DNA from: a virus | Lineage: Duplodnaviria; Caudoviricetes | DNA length: 64,000 nt | Direction: 5' to 3' (one strand) | IMG/VR virus record: IMGVR_UViG_3300046517_000603 | Location: 371-64,370 of that record | Part shown: piece by piece, positions 25,762-34,149 of the stretch | How the letters are laid out: each line of letters opens with the position of its first letter | Numbering within the stretch: position 1 is the stretch's first letter | The notes under the pieces: generated by a model | Told to the model about the DNA's origin: nothing | Seen by the model: the letters and a program-made list of their open reading frames with translations, nothing else | Databases searched by the model: none | Made by a program: the position numbers and the translations under genes

Positions 25762-26106
25762 ATGAGGCGACTCGCCGCCATGATCATCGTGGGGTTCGCC
25801 CTCACGACAGTCGCAACAGCGAGCACGTTCAGAGTACCCCAGCGTCCGCGATGGCTGCCAAAGCTGTACTGGTCAGTCGGGATGTGCGAGACGCAGCTGA
25901 ACTGGAGGCACAACAGCGGAACGTACCAAGGTGCCTTCGGTTTCGCAGTCGGAGCCTGGGATCAATACAGGTATCCCGGCTACCCATCCGAGGCGTACAA
26001 CGCTACGCCTTGGCAGCAATATCGCGTCATCCGGCGTATAGGTCTAGGAGGGAATGGCTGCTACATACACGGCGGCTATCTCTACTGGATGGGCCGGGCA
26101 CCCTAG
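25762..26106 (+). CDS. secreted Rpf-like lytic transglycosylase
   Basis: Signal peptide; W…CET..NW..NSG.Y.G..F…W…A..ATP.QQ..V matches the Rpf domain pattern with catalytic Glu. Confidence 0.75.
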   Translation: MRRLAAMIIVGFALTTVATASTFRVPQRPRWLPKLYWSVGMCETQLNWRHNSGTYQGAFGFAVGAWDQYRYPGYPSEAYNATPWQQYRVIRRIGLGGNGCYIHGGYLYWMGRAP

Positions 26107-26127
26107 AAGCAACGAGAAGGGAGCGCA

Positions 26128-26517
26128 ATGCTACGAAGAACCGAGATCGCGGCACAGATCGAGGAGCTGACCGGAATCAAGCCCAACCTGACGAAGTCAG
26201 TTCTGGACGCTCTGGCCGAGATCGCCGCCGACGAGATCGCAGCGGGTGAGGACTTCACCGTTCCAGGGATCGCTCGCCTCAGCTGGCGTTACAAGGCAGC
26301 TCGCAAGAAGGGCGAGGGGTACAAGAAGGGTGAAACCTACATGACCCCCGGCGGTGAAAAGGTCGCCGAAGCCGACAGCCCAGCCCGCAAGGCTAGCGTC
26401 CGGCTCGCAGCAGCACCTACCGGCGAAGTCGGCAGGGTACGTCCCAAGCGAGCCGAGATGGGTCGGTTCCTCACTACCAAGGCCGGGAAGAACATCGCCG
26501 GTCGAAGCAAGGGGTAA
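26128..26517 (+). CDS. HU/IHF-family DNA-binding protein
   Basis: EIAAQIEELTG…VLDAL…GE…VPGIARL…KAARK…PARKASVRL. Confidence 0.8.
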   Translation: MLRRTEIAAQIEELTGIKPNLTKSVLDALAEIAADEIAAGEDFTVPGIARLSWRYKAARKKGEGYKKGETYMTPGGEKVAEADSPARKASVRLAAAPTGEVGRVRPKRAEMGRFLTTKAGKNIAGRSKG

Positions 26518-26521
26518 GAAC

Positions 26522-27418
26522 ATGCCTCTCATCTTCATCGAGAACATCGACGGTGAGTTCACCGAGTATGAGACTAGCCGGGAGTCGGGCGACTTTACCG
26601 AGCACGACCTGACCAGGGACGTGGCGTTCAATCGTCACTCGAAGAATCAGGACGGCCAGCATAACAGCCCGTCGAACAACGGCAAAATCTCTATCGGTAC
26701 GGATGAGATCAAAGTTCGACTCATCCAAGGAGTCAACGAGGCCGATTTTAAGCTCGTGAACAGTAAGGCACTACGAGCTACGACCGGCCTCAACGTCGGC
26801 GAAGATGAGATGGCGGACTGGGATGAAATGCTCCGGGGAGGCCTGCAAGCCTCCCTGGAGACCCAGGTTGTCGTCTTTGAAATCTCCGGCGTAAGCCGAT
26901 GTTGTACTCATCAGCTCGTCCGAACGCGCAAGGCAGGGTTCCACCAGCAGTCTCAACGAGCTACCTGGTACGGGACTCAGCCGGACATCCGAATGCCAGA
27001 GTCAGTATGGCGACAGCCGGTTGTCCGGAATGCCTTCATGGAAGCGATCGCGGCGGCGCACGAGGCGTACCGGGTCGCCTGCGCTCACGACGTCAGCTAC
27101 CAGGACGCCCGCTACATCCTGCCGGAAGGAACGACCAACTACATCCTCTGCGAGTACCCGCTCCGGGAGTTCATTGCGACCTACGCTTACCGGGCGTGTA
27201 CGATGTTCCAGCACGAGATCGTCTACTGCTTCCGAGAGATGGGCCGGCAACTCATCGAAGCCCACCCCTGGCTAGATCCGTACATCAAGATCACCTGCGA
27301 GAAAACCAAGATGTGCGAGTTCCAGGGCTGGGAGCAAGTTGAGGGTCAATGTAGCTTCCCCTACGCCATCGAGGAGAATCGGCGCTTCAAGCCGAAGAAG
27401 GAGCTAAAGATCGTCTGA
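26522..27418 (+). CDS. thyX: ThyX-like flavin-dependent thymidylate synthase
   Basis: FEISGVSR..THQLVRTR…QQSQR, QDARYILP.GT, R.C…Q.EI; motif is variant (RTR, not RHR). Confidence 0.8.
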   Translation: MPLIFIENIDGEFTEYETSRESGDFTEHDLTRDVAFNRHSKNQDGQHNSPSNNGKISIGTDEIKVRLIQGVNEADFKLVNSKALRATTGLNVGEDEMADWDEMLRGGLQASLETQVVVFEISGVSRCCTHQLVRTRKAGFHQQSQRATWYGTQPDIRMPESVWRQPVVRNAFMEAIAAAHEAYRVACAHDVSYQDARYILPEGTTNYILCEYPLREFIATYAYRACTMFQHEIVYCFREMGRQLIEAHPWLDPYIKITCEKTKMCEFQGWEQVEGQCSFPYAIEENRRFKPKKELKIV

Positions 27419-27543
27419 GAGAGCCGTTTCAGACGAGGAAGACCGTGAGAGAGAATTGTACAAGGGCCGTACAACTCGTCGGAGAACTTTTCCGACCCGT
27501 TCTACGTCCGGAAAATCTACGGATTGTACGGGGCTGATAGACA

Positions 27544-28005
27544 ATGTACCTGGAGGAGTTCTACAACAAGCGTCTCAAGATCGACTCGAAGATCACGAGT
27601 GCTGAGATTGCGACGGCAGAGATCGCGAGGATTCAGACCCAGGCCTGTATGTTGCTCGTCGCGATCGAAATGCCCCGTAGGATCGGCTCGGATGCCACGA
27701 AGGCAGAACTGGCGCTAGAGAAGCGTCGATGTCGTCGTGTCCTCTGGGTTCTCAAGCAGCAGCTAGCCGCCTGGGCCGAGAAGGATGATAAGAATATCGA
27801 GTGGCGGCCCATCAACGACCAGGATCGGCAGGACGGAGCTGCCCTTCTTTGGGACAAGTGGTGGGCCGCCCATCGTAAGTATCTGGATCAAAGACGATCC
27901 TGGATCGCGACCTGGGGACTCAAGAAGCCCGACCCCGACTTCGCTAACAAAGCTGTGAACCGGATTAACCAGGAACTACAGCACATGGAGTACGCGCTAC
28001 GTTGA
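27544..28005 (+). CDS. hypothetical protein
   Basis: 153 aa; last + strand gene, converges on the late operon. Confidence 0.6.
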   Translation: MYLEEFYNKRLKIDSKITSAEIATAEIARIQTQACMLLVAIEMPRRIGSDATKAELALEKRRCRRVLWVLKQQLAAWAEKDDKNIEWRPINDQDRQDGAALLWDKWWAAHRKYLDQRRSWIATWGLKKPDPDFANKAVNRINQELQHMEYALR

Positions 28006-28215
28006 TTCTTCTTCGCGCCAAGCTATGATCGCGGGCGTGGCCTTGTAGACCGCTTCGATCATGTTGGCAGCGGAGAGTTTCTTTATGATCTGCTTCTTGC
28101 GAGAACGGACTGTGTGGCTACTGAGGTGGAGCGCATTTGCGATCTCGTTTGAGGTCATACCATCAGCGACTAGCGACAGGACTTCTAAATCCCTCTCATT
28201 GAGGGCTATGTCCAT
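27997..28215 (-). CDS. LuxR/GerE-type HTH transcriptional regulator
   Basis: LNERDLEVLSLVADGMTSNEIANALHLSSHTVRS…I.KKL.A.N..EAV. Confidence 0.9.
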   Translation of the reverse strand: MDIALNERDLEVLSLVADGMTSNEIANALHLSSHTVRSRKKQIIKKLSAANMIEAVYKATPAIIAWREEEST

Positions 28216-28411
28216 TGGAGCGACTCTTGTTGTAGAGCGGCTTCGCTCCCGCGATCCGAAGTAGCAGTCGCATATCCTGGGATGTTAGCTCGTCGCCATA
28301 CTCGCGCTTCTTGGTAGCTCGTTCGACAGCCCCGCCGATTGTCTTACCGATGGTCGGGATCGGCGTACTAGGATCGGGCAGCGGACGATCCGTTCTATTG
28401 CCCTGACTCAT
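28196..28411 (-). CDS. hypothetical protein
   Basis: ATGA overlap with the holin stop; GGAG RBS. Confidence 0.5.
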   Translation of the reverse strand: MSQGNRTDRPLPDPSTPIPTIGKTIGGAVERATKKREYGDELTSQDMRLLLRIAGAKPLYNKSRSNGHSPQ

Positions 28412-28653
28412 TTCTTGTCTCCGTTCGCCCCACGCCACAATTTGACGGCTAGACCTCGGATGCCGTTCCTACCGAGAGCAGCGGAGGCGATGATGATGAA
28501 GGTTGTTATTGTCGCCGTAGCTGCGGGTGGAAGCTCAGCACCAAACAGAGACGCGACCCAGACGGTCAGGATACCGATTCCACCACCACTAGCCGCGTCA
28601 GTTGCACGCTGTACTCTGTTTGGATGATCCTCCGGGATTTGAACGTCGTTCAC
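28408..28653 (-). CDS. putative holin (2 TM)
   Basis: Two hydrophobic segments and a basic C-terminus; follows the tail fibre gene. Confidence 0.6.
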   Translation of the reverse strand: MNDVQIPEDHPNRVQRATDAASGGGIGILTVWVASLFGAELPPAATATITTFIIIASAALGRNGIRGLAVKLWRGANGDKK

Positions 28654-29870
28654 GAAAGCCTCAGGGGGAACGCCTTCATCCATGCCTTGATGATGTTCAC
28701 CGGCGCTCCCGGATCGGCCGGACTTGTGACCCCGTAAGCGTAAGCCGCTGCTGACTGCCCAGTAGTGGACGGGGCATAGTCGTTGGCGATCTCGACCGTC
28801 TGCGCCGTGTGGCCGCCGGTAGCGTCCAGCCAACCCTCGCCTTGGATCCCTGCGATGCCGCCGATCCCGGTGCCGAGGTTGAGATGCGTCCCGGAGTTGG
28901 AAGCTGCCGCCCGGTCGAAGACGCCGCCTGCCTCCAAGCGATACTCACCCGAGCGCGGCAGCTGAACCTGGCAGACTGCTATAGCTGAGGCCGACAGAGG
29001 AATCGAGCCGGACGAGTTTGCGTACATCGGCTCTTGCCGTCCGATACACTTCCATTTGTACTGAGTCGGTTCGGCTGCCTCGTAGCGGACATGCCAGACG
29101 GTTCGAGCGTCGATCTTGAGGTATAGCTCTTGGCCGTCTGCTGGAGAGCTAGGTGGGAAACTCGCGATCGGCATGTATGTTGGACCAGCGAGTGAGTGCT
29201 GAACGACCCGGTACCAGGCAGTCCCATCGCTGTAGTAGAGATCCTGAGTGTCTGTCTCGTACCAGAACAACCCTGGCGCCGTGTTCGCTGTCCGAGCGAT
29301 GCGCTGGTTGTTGGTTCCGAATAGGTTGACCTTGGTGTAGTCGATCGGATCGACGCCACCATTGTAAGTGGGCTGGTGGTAAGGGCTGTGAATTCCCGCC
29401 GCTGCCTGTCCAGGGCCATAGCCGAGAGCGCGCAGAGCTTCTGTTGAAGACGCTGCTCCTCCTGACGGCTTCAAACTTGTGTGAACCTTCGGGCCGGTGA
29501 CGGAGTTGTCGAGCGGAGTCCGCTGATCGCTAAGCCGGGGATCGTCGCCAGCGCAAGCTTGCTGGTGTCCCGTCCCGAGCGTACGCAGACCTGGAACCGT
29601 CTGGTCGGGATCCACCGGCGCGGACATCGTAACCTGATCCCAGCCGAGACCATTGTCTCGATAGAGGATCGTCTGGTCAGTGGCCCAGTAGTACCGTCCT
29701 TTGATGCCTGGAGTCCCTGGCGTACTGACCGGCCGCGCCGAGAACGCACCCTGGTCGTCAATGGCCGCTCTGTCGAGCGCAACCGCGAGTGCTTGGAACG
29801 AGGCAGGGCCGTCGGCTACGTCGGTGAGCGCCGGATAGGGCAGGCTGAGTCTCGGTGTCAGTGAACCCAT
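28650..29870 (-). CDS. tail fibre / receptor-binding protein
   Basis: TPRLSLPYP N-terminus; GRYYWATD and GLFWYETD hyaluronidase-like repeats; DPRLSD motif; AGGAGGAG RBS. Confidence 0.75.
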   Translation of the reverse strand: MGSLTPRLSLPYPALTDVADGPASFQALAVALDRAAIDDQGAFSARPVSTPGTPGIKGRYYWATDQTILYRDNGLGWDQVTMSAPVDPDQTVPGLRTLGTGHQQACAGDDPRLSDQRTPLDNSVTGPKVHTSLKPSGGAASSTEALRALGYGPGQAAAGIHSPYHQPTYNGGVDPIDYTKVNLFGTNNQRIARTANTAPGLFWYETDTQDLYYSDGTAWYRVVQHSLAGPTYMPIASFPPSSPADGQELYLKIDARTVWHVRYEAAEPTQYKWKCIGRQEPMYANSSGSIPLSASAIAVCQVQLPRSGEYRLEAGGVFDRAAASNSGTHLNLGTGIGGIAGIQGEGWLDATGGHTAQTVEIANDYAPSTTGQSAAAYAYGVTSPADPGAPVNIIKAWMKAFPLRLS

Positions 29871-29878
29871 TGCTCCTC

Positions 29879-31438
29879 CTAGTAGTAGGTCACGTCGCGA
29901 ACGTGCTCCCAATCAGCGTAGTCAGCCTTGGCGTTCGACCATAGCCGTTGAGTCGTCGGTGGGTAGTGATCGCGTAGCCACTGCCAGATCTGACCCGAGC
30001 GAGAGAGTAGCGTCAGCTGGAGCCCAGCGGGCTTGGCAGCTATAAGCGCCGCGAGCGTCTTGGCCTGATCTGGAGTCTGAGACAAGTATGTGATGAACGT
30101 GATATGGTAGGCCCGATCCTGTCCGGGGAAGTTGGTGTCGTACCGCTCGTAGACGATCACCGTCTTGTTGCCGGTGAGCGTGAACTGGGCAGCTTTGATC
30201 ATTGACTGTAGCGTCCCACGCTTCCAGCCGGGGGCGTCGTGGATCATCGCTCGCTTGTCGGGATTGGAGAGATTCGTGAAGGAAAGAACTGGAATCCCGA
30301 CGACCTGCGCTAGCCAGTCTAGGAATTTGGACGGAACATCGTCCACGTTGAGGATTAGCTCCCACCCCGGATCGACGGCCAGTGCGTACGGCTCGTGGAC
30401 GATGTAGCAAATCGACTTGAAGAAGTTGAGCATCGGCCAGCCCGTGAACTCGTCGGCCCACGCGAGCGGCAGCATCGCGTTGTAGAGGATGTAGGTGAAC
30501 GGCCCATCGATGGCCGGTACATCTCGCGGGTCTGGCGGTGGAGCCGGTGGCGGAGGAGTCGGTGGTGGGATGGGAGGGAAGACCGGAACATCGGTATGGC
30601 CAACCGCTGGAGCTGCCGTTGAGGTAGAGATCCCTGGCGGAGCTGCCGAGGCCCGCATTGTACTGACTCCGGCCATCGCTACCGCTGTCGAGAGCGCGAC
30701 GACTGTCAATGCTGCCATCTTGGAGTTACCGGCGGGAGCTGAAGCCGTGGCCGTCGCTGGAGCGCAGATCCCTTGGAGCGACTTCATGCTCCCAGCGGGG
30801 AGCGCCGAGGCCGTTGCTATAGCTGGTGTCGCGTTACCCTTCTTGCCGAGAGAGCCGCCACCCAGGTTGTCCAGAGCGACAGACTGCGATCCTGAGATCC
30901 GTAGACCAAAGTACTGACTCGCGACGACACCAAAGTAAGTATCGGTGTAGTTGCATTGCAGAACCCAAGCGCCACCTGTCCACGCATAGCACCAAATCTG
31001 CATGCCGGTTGTACCGGACGGCTCGAAGTACACCCAGAGTCTCGTGCAGTTTGCGGTTGCTCCGCTGTTCGATGCGAGCGTTGTGTCTGCCCCGGCGACC
31101 ATTCGGTTCAGCCGGTAGATGTCATTCGCCTGATCACAGACGAAGCGCCATCCGTAGCCTACCGCCGTAAGTCCGAAGATCAGCTGGAAGTTCTGGCCTC
31201 CGCTGAAACTCGCCAAGTCGATGTAGCACTCGGCGCCACCGGAAGCATCGAATAGCGTGTTAAAGTAACTAGAGGCGGGGATGTTCTGCCCGACGTAGGC
31301 GACAGCGTTATTGCCACCAATCTTGAGAGAACTCTCTCCGGACAGGGCGGGAGAAGACCAAGCCGACCCGAGTGACCCAGAGTCCGCGCGATTGAAGTTG
31401 TCGAGACTTCCGGTTTGTGGGTTAGCTCCCGGAGGCAT
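29879..31438 (-). CDS. baseplate wedge (P2 gpI-like) with N-terminal lectin-like domain
   Basis: C-terminal LDWLAQVVG…KRGT…KPAG; N-terminal DNFNRAD…W domain; follows the gpJ-like gene. Confidence 0.75.
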   Translation of the reverse strand: MPPGANPQTGSLDNFNRADSGSLGSAWSSPALSGESSLKIGGNNAVAYVGQNIPASSYFNTLFDASGGAECYIDLASFSGGQNFQLIFGLTAVGYGWRFVCDQANDIYRLNRMVAGADTTLASNSGATANCTRLWVYFEPSGTTGMQIWCYAWTGGAWVLQCNYTDTYFGVVASQYFGLRISGSQSVALDNLGGGSLGKKGNATPAIATASALPAGSMKSLQGICAPATATASAPAGNSKMAALTVVALSTAVAMAGVSTMRASAAPPGISTSTAAPAVGHTDVPVFPPIPPPTPPPPAPPPDPRDVPAIDGPFTYILYNAMLPLAWADEFTGWPMLNFFKSICYIVHEPYALAVDPGWELILNVDDVPSKFLDWLAQVVGIPVLSFTNLSNPDKRAMIHDAPGWKRGTLQSMIKAAQFTLTGNKTVIVYERYDTNFPGQDRAYHITFITYLSQTPDQAKTLAALIAAKPAGLQLTLLSRSGQIWQWLRDHYPPTTQRLWSNAKADYADWEHVRDVTYY

Positions 31439-32916
31439 TAGTCCACCGTCACCACGATCGAGCCCGCCGTCGGGAGAGCCACATCACCCAACATCTGGAT
31501 ATCGGTCACGTTCGGTGAACCATTGTGGATCGCCGTCGTCATGCTGACGATGTAACGGACACCGAACACGTTGTTGACAACCTGGGCTACTTCCAAGAAT
31601 CGAAGCTTGGTGTCATTAACCCATTCCGTCAGGTCTGAAAACGGAACGCCCCAGAGCGCCGGGTTGAGATAGTTCTGGAGCGACGAGATGACTGCCGACT
31701 GGAGCGCCACCTTGTCTGTCCCTGGGTTCGCTGTAAGCTCGACTTGAACATCAATCTGAGTGTAAGTCGGATCGGCGATGGGGACGACAAAGTTGACCTC
31801 GCGGAGCGACTCCATGTAAGCAGAGAGCGTAGCCTTCAACCCGGCAGAGATCGGCTGGCCGAATTCGTCAACCGGGAAGACAGTTGTATACCGTTCGGTA
31901 TTGTACGCCGTAGGGCTTCCATTCTTGACAGTTGTGACAGTTGCGGTGTGAGCCGAGCCGGTAAGCAAGGTAGCGTTAGTCGTCATAGCTGCCTGGTTAG
32001 TGGCTCCGCGCGCTCCGACGAAAGTAATGAGGTACGGCGTTGTACCGCCAGCTCCACCCGGCCCGCCGGTGACTACGACGTTCCCCGAGCCGATCGTGCT
32101 GAGCCCCTGTAGCGCGGTTGAGAGCGCCGCCGGTGAGATGTTGAACGCGAGAGCAGCTGTCGTCCCCGCGCCAAATGTGACTGTGAAGGTGCCGGCCGTC
32201 GCGTCCACGGCGATCTGTTGGACTTCGTTCACCGAAGGAACCAGACCGTCATACGCATACGCTCTGAAGACGCCCGCGATGTTCTTGGCCATAGCTGCGA
32301 AGTCAGCTGGCAGGATCGGACGCGGGGCCATAAGCTGGAGCTGCTCGACCAGATGATCGAGATACTCGTCATCAGTCTGCGCGTCCTGGCCTCCTGTCGT
32401 CTGACCCTCAACTACCACGCTTTGAACAAAGGCCAAAACGTCTAGGGTGTCTACTGTGCCGCTGAGCCCTGAACCATCTACGCCCTCAAAGACCGCCGTG
32501 ATAAGAACCCCGCCCGTATCAGTCACAGTGTTGCCCGTAGGGACGATCACGTCAACACTCGTAACGAAGGGGTGCTCGTTCCCGGCGTTGTCGAGCATGA
32601 CGACCTGAGTGCCCGCAGGGATCGTGTAGCCTGAGTCATCCACCATAGTCCATGTTGTGTAGCCGGTCGCCGGTGTAGCCTCGATCGGCACAATGCCCAT
32701 GAGGGTCATTCCGAAGTATTTGAAGATGGCGGTAGGGACGAGGCTCGTGATGTCGCGCAGCTCTGCGATTAGTCGCGAGAGAGCTTCGATCAGCCAGACC
32801 TCAAAGTTGCCCTCGTTCGGAAGCCAGCCGGGGTACTCAGTCTGGAGAAAGTTGAAGCACTCCTCGGCGAGGATATCCGGATCAGTCTCAATTGGTGGAG
32901 CCAGATAGCTAGGCAC
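31438..32916 (-). CDS. baseplate J/gp47-like protein
   Basis: TIPAGT, TTGGQDAQTDDEY, DF…A..I.GV.RA. Confidence 0.9.
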   Translation of the reverse strand: MPSYLAPPIETDPDILAEECFNFLQTEYPGWLPNEGNFEVWLIEALSRLIAELRDITSLVPTAIFKYFGMTLMGIVPIEATPATGYTTWTMVDDSGYTIPAGTQVVMLDNAGNEHPFVTSVDVIVPTGNTVTDTGGVLITAVFEGVDGSGLSGTVDTLDVLAFVQSVVVEGQTTGGQDAQTDDEYLDHLVEQLQLMAPRPILPADFAAMAKNIAGVFRAYAYDGLVPSVNEVQQIAVDATAGTFTVTFGAGTTAALAFNISPAALSTALQGLSTIGSGNVVVTGGPGGAGGTTPYLITFVGARGATNQAAMTTNATLLTGSAHTATVTTVKNGSPTAYNTERYTTVFPVDEFGQPISAGLKATLSAYMESLREVNFVVPIADPTYTQIDVQVELTANPGTDKVALQSAVISSLQNYLNPALWGVPFSDLTEWVNDTKLRFLEVAQVVNNVFGVRYIVSMTTAIHNGSPNVTDIQMLGDVALPTAGSIVVTVD

Positions 32917-33268
32917 TCACGCCTCCGATCGTGGTGGAGAGTTTAGCGACTCTCACTTTGACAAGGTCGTCGAGCAGCATCGGGCCGCTGAGCGTCTGCT
33001 CGTAGAGAGCGTCGGAGCGCGACTCCCAGGTTGCGACCTTATCCGCGATCAGACTGAGGTCAATCTCATCCTCGGCGAATGTCTGGTCAGTGATCCCGAA
33101 ACCAGGCAGCTCTGGCCGCCAGCCCTCGGGGCAGCGAATGATGGCCTGTACGCAGTCATAGATGTCATCGAGCGTATCCTGCTCGTTGACGTCCATGCCT
33201 CCAGCGCCGCCGCCCAGGAACGTGAGAGGGATAGCGATGTGTGGGATGAGTACGTCTTTCGATCTCAC
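32909..33268 (-). CDS. baseplate gp25/GPW-like protein
   Basis: G.RPE.P.FG…WE.R pattern; position. Confidence 0.75.
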   Translation of the reverse strand: MRSKDVLIPHIAIPLTFLGGGAGGMDVNEQDTLDDIYDCVQAIIRCPEGWRPELPGFGITDQTFAEDEIDLSLIADKVATWESRSDALYEQTLSGPMLLDDLVKVRVAKLSTTIGGVSA

Positions 33269-34149
33269 ATGTAATCACTCCAAGGGAAGCCTGTACCCGG
33301 ATCGGCGTGGTCGTTGTCAGGAACGTCATTGTGTCCGAACCATCCAGCGTTCGCCCAGTTTACTCCACGGTTCGCTGGATTCCCCTGATACGTCATCGGG
33401 ACTCCGACGCCTCCCATCAAGCCCTGGAGTGCATCACTGATCGGTTTTAGCCAGGTACGCCAGTCACCTTTAGTGTAACCGACCGCTGCGCCGGACGGTG
33501 CGATGATCTCGATTTGGCACCAGATCTCGAAGTCGTGGGCTACTGTCGCGTCGGCGGATGTCCCGAGCGGATAGAACTGAGTGATCCGTGGCCGGCCGGC
33601 ATCGACGCCGATCGCGAAGTGAGGCGGATAGTTGGCGGCAATGAAGTCGATCTGGCCTTGGTAGTCACCAGCGCCCTCGGTGTCGTGGATGACGCCTCGC
33701 TTCGTTGTCGTCGTCACCGGGACACCACCACCATCCCCCAGGCCTGCTCCATTATGTACCGTCACTGTCTTCTGATCGACGTGAATACCACCGATCGAAT
33801 TCACCTTGCCGGTTACAGCGTCTACCTTTGGCGGGTACTTGGACTTCGGAGGAGGCAGAGTCGTCTCTCCGGTATTGTCGGTGAACGGCCACCAGGCGAT
33901 CAGCCAGAGGTTCCGACGGTTATCAAAGACCACGATCCCCAGATCGTCCTTCTGAGGTAGGGTCTGGGCATCCCTGCTCTGCCAGCCACATGGGCCCCAG
34001 TAATGCGTAGGGGAAGCGTCCGGGATGACGACCCAGACGGGCTGGTTGAAATCCGCGACATCATAAGCTATGGTCGCGAACCAGGCCCCGTCGTAGTCAT
34101 CTATCTCAGGATTCTGGAGAAGGTTGGTAAGTATGCTGGTTTGGGTCAT
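33265..34149 (-). CDS. baseplate spike-like protein with C-terminal N-acetylmuramoyl-L-alanine amidase
   Basis: N-terminal OB-like VVIP…GP…LP.K.D.G.V.F; C-terminal VIHDTE…PHF…QIE…GH..VP.NDH.DPG. Confidence 0.7.
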   Translation of the reverse strand: MTQTSILTNLLQNPEIDDYDGAWFATIAYDVADFNQPVWVVIPDASPTHYWGPCGWQSRDAQTLPQKDDLGIVVFDNRRNLWLIAWWPFTDNTGETTLPPPKSKYPPKVDAVTGKVNSIGGIHVDQKTVTVHNGAGLGDGGGVPVTTTTKRGVIHDTEGAGDYQGQIDFIAANYPPHFAIGVDAGRPRITQFYPLGTSADATVAHDFEIWCQIEIIAPSGAAVGYTKGDWRTWLKPISDALQGLMGGVGVPMTYQGNPANRGVNWANAGWFGHNDVPDNDHADPGTGFPWSDYM

